From Pseudomonadota bacterium (GTDB lineage: Bacteria; Desulfobacterota; Desulfobacteria; Desulfobacterales; JBDRRP01): a DNA stretch of 64,000 nt. The stretch spans positions 1-64,000 of the forward strand of contig JBDRRP010000125.1 of assembly GCA_043825735.1 (NCBI GenBank), in the 5' to 3' direction. Shown here piece after piece: positions 40,957-48,107 of the stretch; position 1 is the stretch's first letter, and every line of letters starts with the position of its first letter. Below the pieces are notes generated by a model. That model did no database searches. It was not told where the DNA came from and saw only the letters and a program-made list of their open reading frames with translations. Position numbers and translations under genes: made by a program.

Positions 40957-41009
40957 AGGCGCCGAGGCGCAAGCGCGGTGAGATCACCATTTCGATGCGG
41001 AGGCAGAAC

Positions 41010-42203
41010 ATGAAAAAGAATAGAAACGTCGGCATCGTCGGCGTCGGACAATCCCATTATTCCAGTCACCGGGAAGAGGTCAATCAACCTGAGATGATCC
41101 ACGAGGCGGTGGCCGCGGCCCTTGCCCAGGCAGGGCTCACCATCGCCGACGTGGACTGCATCGTTCACGGCAATATGGAGCTTTTCGAGATGATCCACCA
41201 GCCGGACATGTGGCACACTTTGGGCACCGGCGCTGCCGGCAAGGAGTGCCTGCGGGTGACCACCGGGGGCACGACCGGTGCCACCCTGGTCTGCGCCGCC
41301 GATGCCCTGGTGGCTTCAGGGCTCCACGACGTGGTGCTGGCCGTCGGATTTGAGAAACTGCAGGAGGGCCACACCACCGGCGGCATCACCAATATGGCCG
41401 ACCCGCTGTGGGGGCGGCAGCTGCAGACCGGAGCGCTTACCGGCATGACCGCCGACCAGGTCATCAACGAGTTCGGCGCCGAGCGGGCCAAGGCGGCGTC
41501 GATGGCCTACCGCATACAGATGGACAAGCACGCCATGAAAAATGACAAGGCCCACCGGCGGCTGGGGCTCGAATTCGATCAGGCGGCCGAACTGGCTGAA
41601 AATTCTCCGCAGTTGGTGGGCGAGCTCAGAATGATTCACATGTGCTCCCAGAGCGACGGCGCCTGCGCCATGATCTTTGCCTCGGAAGAAAAGGCAAAAT
41701 CGCTGTGCCCCCAGCCGGCATGGATCAAGGATCACATCACCGTTCACCGAGAGGAGATGTTCTGCCTATTCGGCGATGCGCCGGTGCTCTCCACCCATCG
41801 CTACGCCGCCGAGCGGCTTTTCAAGCGAAACGGCATCACCGATCCCCGCCGGGAGATCGATGTCTTTGAAATGTACGATCCCTCGAGCTGGTGGGGTGTC
41901 GACTGGCTGCGCGAATTTCTGCTGCTGGAAGGCGACGCGCACATCAAGATGGTGGAAAACGGGGAGATCGCCATCGACGGCGCCTTTCCGGTGAACCCGT
42001 CGGGCGGCGTCATCGCATCCAACCCCATCGGGGCGACGGCAATGGTGCGGGTGGCTGAGGCGGCCATGCAGATCATGGGCACGGCCGGCGGTCACCAGGT
42101 CCCCAAAACCGTGAACCAGGCGATGGCCAGCGGCTTTGGCGGCACCATGTGGACGGTACTCTTTTTACTGACCCGCGACGTGCCGTGGCCTGCGGCTGTT
42201 TGA
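41010..42203 (+). CDS. Thiolase-fold protein lacking the catalytic Cys, Ltp3-like
   Basis: RVTTGGTTG, GFEK, SDGACA, EMYDP and VNPSGGVIASNPIGA, reminiscent of Ltp3. Confidence 0.82.
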   Translation: MKKNRNVGIVGVGQSHYSSHREEVNQPEMIHEAVAAALAQAGLTIADVDCIVHGNMELFEMIHQPDMWHTLGTGAAGKECLRVTTGGTTGATLVCAADALVASGLHDVVLAVGFEKLQEGHTTGGITNMADPLWGRQLQTGALTGMTADQVINEFGAERAKAASMAYRIQMDKHAMKNDKAHRRLGLEFDQAAELAENSPQLVGELRMIHMCSQSDGACAMIFASEEKAKSLCPQPAWIKDHITVHREEMFCLFGDAPVLSTHRYAAERLFKRNGITDPRREIDVFEMYDPSSWWGVDWLREFLLLEGDAHIKMVENGEIAIDGAFPVNPSGGVIASNPIGATAMVRVAEAAMQIMGTAGGHQVPKTVNQAMASGFGGTMWTVLFLLTRDVPWPAAV

Positions 42204-42265
42204 GACGATCAGACGATTACAGCGCCAAATCATCGGTTGAACGATTCTTGCGAGAGGGAGGGATC

Positions 42266-45200
42266 ATGAACCTCGGAACATACCTGGACAACAGCGTGGC
42301 AGCGTACCCTGATGCCCCGTATCTGCAGTTCTACGAAGAGACCGTCACGTTCACCGCGTTTGCACGGCAGGTGAACATCCTGGCCAATGCGCTCAGGCGG
42401 CAGGGTTTTAAAAAGGGCGATTTCATTCACGTGCTGGTGCAAAACAGCCCCCAGACGCTCGCCAGCTATTTCGCCATCCAGAAGATCGGCGCCGTGGCCG
42501 GCCCGGTGAACGGCTGGTGGAAGGCGCCGGAAGTGGCATACCTGCTGAACGACTCCAAGGGGCGCGGGCTTATCATCGAAGACCAGTACCTGCCCATCCT
42601 GGAAGAGATCCGGGGACAGTGCCCGCATCTGGAAAAGGTGATTCTGGTGGGAAAGGGCTCCGCGCCGGACACCATCCCCATGCAAGCCCTGGTGGCCGAG
42701 GCAGACGAGACCCCGGTGGTCTGCGATGCCGAGACGGATGACATCGCCTATATTTTCTACACCTCCGGCACCACTGGAAACCCCAAGGGGGTGCTGCTCT
42801 CTCACAAGAATGTTTTGGCCGATGTGGCCGGGGTGACCCAGGCGCTCAGCTTGAAAGAGAATATGACCGCCTTGATTTTTCTGCCGCTCTTTCACGTCAA
42901 CGCCATGCTCTCGTGTACGTTCGCTCTGGGCATCGGACTCCAGATCGTGCTGCGGCGGCAGTTTTCCGCCAGTGAGTTCTGGCCGCTGGTGGACCAACAC
43001 AAGATCAACTTCTGGTCGGCGGTGCCGGCGGTCTACCAGATCCTGCTCACCGACCCCACGCGGCAAAAATACGATCTGTCCTCGCTGCAGTTCGGCATCT
43101 GCGGTGCGGCGCCGCTCACCGAAGAGACCATGAGAAATTTCCAGGATACCTTCGGCATTCCCATCGTTGAAGGATACGGTCTTACCGAGGCCACCTGCGT
43201 GAGCACGCTGAACCCTAGAGACGGGGTCCGCAAGATCGGCTCCATCGGGCTGCCCCTGCCGGGGCAGGCGGTGAAAATGCTGCGTGAAGACGGCAGTGCC
43301 TGCGACCGGGGCGAGCCCGGCGAGATCTGCATCGGGGGCGATGTGGTGATGAAGGGCTACTTCAACCGGCCCGAGGACACCGAGGAGACCATCGTCGACG
43401 GCTACCTGCATACCGGAGACGTGGGGATCATGGACGACGACGGCTATATCTTCATCGTCGATCGCATCAAAGACATGATCATCCGCGGCGGGGAGAACAT
43501 CTACCCCAAGGAGATCGACAACCTTTTGGCCACCCATCCCAAGATTCAGGAAGCGGCCACGGTGGGCATTCCCGACAAGACCATGGGCGAGGCGGTGAAG
43601 GTCTATGTCGTTGCCCTGGACGACAGTCTTACCGAAGAAGAAGTGATCGATTACTGCAAAGAGCAGCTGGCAAAATTCAAGGTGCCGCAGACCGTGGAAA
43701 TTCTGGATGAAGACTTTCCCCGGAGCCCCATCGGCAAGGTGCTCAAAAAGACCCTGCGCCAGTGGGCTCAGGACGGACCGCGGGCAAAGAAAAAGGGGCC
43801 GGGGGTCACTGTGGCCGACATCTTCGGCACCATGGAAGCGCGGGTGCGGCCCGAAGGGGTGGCCGGCATCACGGCCAACTACGGCTACATCGTCACCGGC
43901 AGCGGCGGCGGCGAGTGGACCGTGTGCGTGGCCGACGGCAAGGTCGCGGTCAAGGACGGGCTCCATGATCCGCAGGTGACCACCACGGTGTCGGCCAAGG
44001 ACTGGATCGCCATCACGCTGAAAAAGCTCGACGGTATGACGGCGTTTTCCTCGGGCCGGCTCAAAGTGGAAGGCAACATGGGTCTGCTGGTCAAGGCCGC
44101 CGAGTTCTTCACCCAATACAAACCGCCGGTAGCGGCGCCGGAAGTGACCGTCGCCGACATCTTCGGCACCATGACGGCGCGGGTTCGGCCCGAAGGGGTG
44201 GCCGGCATCACGGCCAACTACGGCTATATCGTTACCGGCAGCGGCGGGGGCGAGTGGACCGTGTCTGTGGCCGATGGCAAAGTCCAAGTGAAGGAAGGCC
44301 TTCACGATCCGCAGGTAACCACGACGGTGTCGGCCAAGGACTGGATCGCCATCACGCTCAAAAAACTCGACGGTATGACGGCATTTTCCTCCGGGCGGCT
44401 CAAGGTGGAAGGAGACATGGGCCTTCTGGTCAAGGCGGCCGGGTTCTTCACGCCCTACAAACCGCCGACAGCAGCGCCTGAAGTGACCGTGGCCGATATA
44501 TTCGGCACCATGGCGGCGCGGGTCCGGCCGGAAGGGGTGGCCGGCATCACGGCCAACTACGGCTACGTCATCACCGGAACCGGCGGCGGCGAGTACACCG
44601 TGTGCGTGGCCGACGGGAAAGTGGCCGTGAAAGAAGGGCGCCACGATCCGAAGGTCACCACCACGGTATCGGCCAAGGACTGGATCGCCATCACACTGGG
44701 CAAGCTCGACGGCATGACGGCGTTTTCTTCGGGCCGGCTCAAGGTGGAAGGCGACATGGGGCTGCTCACCAAGGCAACCCAGTTTTTCAAAAAATATACG
44801 CCGCCTCTGGCGGGCGGCGAGGCGGAAGCCGAACGCGAAGAGCTGATCCGGCTCAACCAGGTGCTCTCCATTCCTCACCGGTTTTCAACCGGCCCGGTGA
44901 TGGGCAAGTTCCTGCGCGCCCTGAAGGACAAGCGGATTCTGGCCAACAAGTGCGCGTCTTGCGGCCGCATGCAGCTGCCGCCGCGGGAGATCTGTGCAGC
45001 GTGTCGGGTGCGCGTCGATCAGTGGGAAGAGGTGGGGCCGGAGGGCATCATCGCCACACCGGATGTGACTTACTATGCCAGCCCGGATCCCTTGACGGGC
45101 GAGAGCCGGGAGACACCGTATATCTCAGCCCATTTTCTCCTGGACGGCTGCCAGGGGCACGAAACCCTCTGGCACGAACTCAAGGCGGACACACCGCCGG

Positions 45201-45295
45201 AGAAGGTGAAACGCGGGGTGCGGGTGAGACCGGTGTGGAATGACGTCCGAAAGGGCGCGGTGACGGACATCGTCTATTTCGAGGTTATCGACTGA
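42266..45295 (+). CDS. Acyl-CoA ligase fused to three SCP2 domains and a C-terminal DUF35 (Zn-ribbon/OB-fold) domain
   Basis: YTSGTTGNPKG, EGYGLTE, TGD, RGGENIYP, GKVLK; three 113-aa repeats ending AFSSGRLKVEG.M; CASC..PPREICAAC. Confidence 0.9.
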   Translation: MNLGTYLDNSVAAYPDAPYLQFYEETVTFTAFARQVNILANALRRQGFKKGDFIHVLVQNSPQTLASYFAIQKIGAVAGPVNGWWKAPEVAYLLNDSKGRGLIIEDQYLPILEEIRGQCPHLEKVILVGKGSAPDTIPMQALVAEADETPVVCDAETDDIAYIFYTSGTTGNPKGVLLSHKNVLADVAGVTQALSLKENMTALIFLPLFHVNAMLSCTFALGIGLQIVLRRQFSASEFWPLVDQHKINFWSAVPAVYQILLTDPTRQKYDLSSLQFGICGAAPLTEETMRNFQDTFGIPIVEGYGLTEATCVSTLNPRDGVRKIGSIGLPLPGQAVKMLREDGSACDRGEPGEICIGGDVVMKGYFNRPEDTEETIVDGYLHTGDVGIMDDDGYIFIVDRIKDMIIRGGENIYPKEIDNLLATHPKIQEAATVGIPDKTMGEAVKVYVVALDDSLTEEEVIDYCKEQLAKFKVPQTVEILDEDFPRSPIGKVLKKTLRQWAQDGPRAKKKGPGVTVADIFGTMEARVRPEGVAGITANYGYIVTGSGGGEWTVCVADGKVAVKDGLHDPQVTTTVSAKDWIAITLKKLDGMTAFSSGRLKVEGNMGLLVKAAEFFTQYKPPVAAPEVTVADIFGTMTARVRPEGVAGITANYGYIVTGSGGGEWTVSVADGKVQVKEGLHDPQVTTTVSAKDWIAITLKKLDGMTAFSSGRLKVEGDMGLLVKAAGFFTPYKPPTAAPEVTVADIFGTMAARVRPEGVAGITANYGYVITGTGGGEYTVCVADGKVAVKEGRHDPKVTTTVSAKDWIAITLGKLDGMTAFSSGRLKVEGDMGLLTKATQFFKKYTPPLAGGEAEAEREELIRLNQVLSIPHRFSTGPVMGKFLRALKDKRILANKCASCGRMQLPPREICAACRVRVDQWEEVGPEGIIATPDVTYYASPDPLTGESRETPYISAHFLLDGCQGHETLWHELKADTPPEKVKRGVRVRPVWNDVRKGAVTDIVYFEVID
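43805..44821 (+). repeat. Three tandem 339-bp intragenic repeats encoding SCP2 domains
   Basis: Units start at 43805, 44144 and 44483; near-identical peptides with synonymous differences. Confidence 0.93.
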
Positions 45296-45307
45296 GGGGG
45301 GATACTT

Positions 45308-46201
45308 ATGGAGACCAACTACCAGGACAGTTTCGTCATCGACGGCAAACTCGCGCTTCCTTACCAATATTTTGCCGGCGCCATCGGCAGCCGGTTCATC
45401 CGGGCACTGCGCGACGAAAAGAAGATCATGGGGGTGCGCTGCAACACCTGTGGCAAGGTGTTCGTGCCGCCCCGGCAGACCTGCGCCGTCTGTTTCGAGG
45501 ATCTTTCAAATAATTGGGTGGACGTAAAGCCCACCGGTACGGTCACCGGCTGGACTGTGGTGCGCCGCGCCGAACCCCATCACCCGGTGGCTACGCCGTT
45601 TATTCAGGCGCTCATCAAGCTCGACGGCGCCGACACGCCCATCGTGCATATCGTCACGGGCCTGGGCGCCAGCCAGATGGCCGAAGGGCTCCGGGTCAAG
45701 GCGGAATTCGCCAGAAAGCCGGTCAACACCATCATGGCCATTGCGTGCTTTCGGCCCGAGCGAAAGGGGTCTCTCGAGCTGGGCTACAGCTACGATGATC
45801 TGGAGATCGGCATGACGGCATCCTTCACCAAGACCATCTCCGAGTCGGATGTATACCTGTTTGCAGGGATATCCGGCGATTTCAACCCCATGCATCTCAA
45901 CGAAGAGTTCGCCAAGATGACGCCCTTTGGTACGCGGATCGCCCACGGCGCGCTGCCTCAGAGCCTCATCGCACCGGTGCTGGGAATGAAGCTGCCGGGA
46001 CTTGGGACCGTCGCGCTGGAGATCACCGCCCGGTTCCGCAAGCCCACCTATTTCGGCGACACTATTACGGCCACGGCCGAAGTGGTGGAAAAGATCGAGC
46101 GGCGGCGCTGGGTGCGCATGGCGCTCACCTGGACCAACCAGCGCGACGAGCGGGTGGCCGAGGGCTCGGCGCTGGTGATCCCGCCGGTGCCGCTGGGGTA
46201 A
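45308..46201 (+). CDS. DUF35 domain fused to MaoC/PhaJ-type (R)-enoyl-CoA hydratase
   Basis: CNTC..PPRQTCAVC and OB fold, then FAGISGDFNPMH..IAHG hydratase motif. Confidence 0.9.
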   Translation: METNYQDSFVIDGKLALPYQYFAGAIGSRFIRALRDEKKIMGVRCNTCGKVFVPPRQTCAVCFEDLSNNWVDVKPTGTVTGWTVVRRAEPHHPVATPFIQALIKLDGADTPIVHIVTGLGASQMAEGLRVKAEFARKPVNTIMAIACFRPERKGSLELGYSYDDLEIGMTASFTKTISESDVYLFAGISGDFNPMHLNEEFAKMTPFGTRIAHGALPQSLIAPVLGMKLPGLGTVALEITARFRKPTYFGDTITATAEVVEKIERRRWVRMALTWTNQRDERVAEGSALVIPPVPLG

Positions 46202-46250
46202 GCCGACAAGCGGAGAGAGACCACGAAGGACACGAAGATCACGAAGAACT

Positions 46251-46381
46251 TTGATGGTCCGCAAAAAGTCGAAGACTCTCGCAAAGCCGCAAAGATCGCG
46301 AAGTTAGCAGATTGATTAAATAATTTATTCTTGGCGCACTTGGCGCCTTTGCGAGAGGATTGCTTTTTACGAGCTTGTCGA
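46251..46381. repeat. Family D element, copy 2
   Basis: Clear homology to 1387-1520; preceded by nonamer units (CACGAAGGA/CACGAAGAT) at ~46222-46247. Confidence 0.78.
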
Positions 46382-46499
46382 ACCTTATTCTACCCGTAAA
46401 AAGCATGTTTCCTGTCATGCCGGCGAAGGCCGGTATCCAGAAGGTTTTGAATTGACTGGACTACGGCCTTCCATATGGGCCCCAGGGCAACCAAATCGT

Positions 46500-46594
46500 G
46501 TAGGGTGCGGGGTTTACCCCCGCCCGTGATCGGTGAACACGAACGATTGGGGTCATTTTAGCCGATTGCGGGAGGGGATGAACCCCTCCCCTAC
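46500..46594. repeat. Inverted pair of GTAG-type REP palindromes (REPIN-like)
   Basis: GTAGGGTGCGGGGTTTACCCCCGCCC ... GGGAGGGGATGAACCCCTCCCCTAC. Confidence 0.75.
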
Positions 46595-46733
46595 AAAACA
46601 GCCAGAACCCCAGCTGGAGAGTAGTGCATAACCAGATATATGAATTGTTCTTCGTGGTGATCACACCGCGAATAATCATGATCGGTTGAGCCATTCAAGG
46701 GTTAGATCACCCGCAACAGAGAGGGCATGGTCC

Positions 46734-47894
46734 ATGACTTACACATATACCGAAAAGGCCGGTTGCCAGGAGTATTTCGGCAAGGCACACGATATGGTAA
46801 GAAAGTCGGTGCGGGATTTTGTCAAAAAAGAGATCCTGCCGTTTGTCGAGGAATGGGAGGAGGCCGGCGAGTTTCCCCGGGAGCTCTACCGCAAGGCCGG
46901 CAAGGTGGGTGTCCTGGGCATCGGGTATCCTGAAGCCGTGGGCGGCACCCCCGGCGATATCTTTTTCAAGCTGGCCGCCAGCGAAGAGCTCATGCGATCG
47001 ACCTCCGGGGGGCTGGTGGCCGGGCTGGGATCGCTCGATATCGCGATTCCGCCCATCATCCGTCACGGCACCGATGAGCAGAAAGCAAGGTTCGTTGCGC
47101 CGGTGCTGGCCGGCGAGCGGATCGCGGCGCTGGCCGTCACCGAGCCGGGCGGCGGATCGGATGTGGCCAATCTTACGACCACGGCCGAAAGAGACGGCGC
47201 GCACTACGTCGTCAACGGCAGCAAAACGTTCATTACCAGCGGGTGCCGGGCTGATCAGATTACCTGCGCCGTGCGCACGGGCGAGGCCGGCGCACACGGC
47301 ATCAGCTTTCTGGTGATCGAAGCGGGCACCCCGGGGTATGTGGTGGGAAACCGCCTGAAGAAGACCGGCTGGTGGGCCTCCGATACCGCAGAACTTTTTT
47401 TCGACAATTGCCGGGTGCCGGCTGAAAACCGCATCGGCGAGGAGAACCAGGGTTTTTATCTGATTATGGAAAATTTCCAGACCGAGCGGCTGGCTCTTTC
47501 GGTAATGGCAAACATGACGGCCCGCATGGCGCTGGAGGCGGCGCTCGCCTACGCCAGGGAGCGCGAGGCCTTCGGCAAGAAACTCTTCGGTCATCAGGTG
47601 ACGCGTCACAAGCTGGTGGACATGGCCACTCTGGTAGAGGCCTCCACCGAGTTTACCTACCGGGTGGCGGCCAGGATCGATGCGGGCGTCGACCAGATCA
47701 AGGAAGTTTCCATGGCGAAAAACTTCGCCACTCAGGTGAGCGACAAGGTCACCACCGATGCGGTCCAGATTTTCGGCGGCTACGGGTACATGCGGGGCTT
47801 TCTGGTTGAGCGGCTCTACCGGGACAACCGGATTCTGTCCATCGGCGGCGGCACCACCGAAATCATGAAGGAGATTATTTCCAGGTTCTTGTAA
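46734..47894 (+). CDS. Acyl-CoA dehydrogenase (LCAD/IVD-type Glu position)
   Basis: TEPGGGSD, NGSKTFITSG, FQTER, FGGYGY, IGGGTTEI. Confidence 0.92.
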   Translation: MTYTYTEKAGCQEYFGKAHDMVRKSVRDFVKKEILPFVEEWEEAGEFPRELYRKAGKVGVLGIGYPEAVGGTPGDIFFKLAASEELMRSTSGGLVAGLGSLDIAIPPIIRHGTDEQKARFVAPVLAGERIAALAVTEPGGGSDVANLTTTAERDGAHYVVNGSKTFITSGCRADQITCAVRTGEAGAHGISFLVIEAGTPGYVVGNRLKKTGWWASDTAELFFDNCRVPAENRIGEENQGFYLIMENFQTERLALSVMANMTARMALEAALAYAREREAFGKKLFGHQVTRHKLVDMATLVEASTEFTYRVAARIDAGVDQIKEVSMAKNFATQVSDKVTTDAVQIFGGYGYMRGFLVERLYRDNRILSIGGGTTEIMKEIISRFL

Positions 47895-47952
47895 AAATGA
47901 GCACCACGCACAACATTGGTTTCTATTTTTAGCATTCATTTTCGCTGGCTTG

Positions 47953-48066
47953 AAGGGTTCAAGGATCCGAGGGGTCGAGGGTTCGAGTGAACCCCCAATA
48001 AAACCCTAGTTCGCTTAGCTGTTGCCCTTCACTTGACCCCTTGGACCCTCGACCCCTTGAACCCTT
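47953..48066. repeat. Family C inverted octamer-array element, copy 3
   Basis: AGGGTTCA-AGGATCCG-AGGGGTCG-AGGGTTCG-AGTGAA ... TTCACT-TGACCCCT-TGGACCCT-CGACCCCT-TGAACCCT. Confidence 0.82.
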
Positions 48067-48107
48067 TGCATAGCACGTATTCACATTGCTGAAAGGAAGC
48101 ACCATTT

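Noticed and set aside
43805..44821. Tandem repeats as CRISPR array or DGR template/variable repeats
   Set aside because: In-frame 339-bp coding units without spacers; differences are mostly synonymous; no cas or reverse transcriptase gene in the window.
42230..44878. 882-aa minus-strand ORF (likewise 60506-62692, 46707-47939, 12854-13903, 56799-58064)
   Set aside because: Antisense shadows of well-supported genes in GC-rich DNA; no recognisable motifs.
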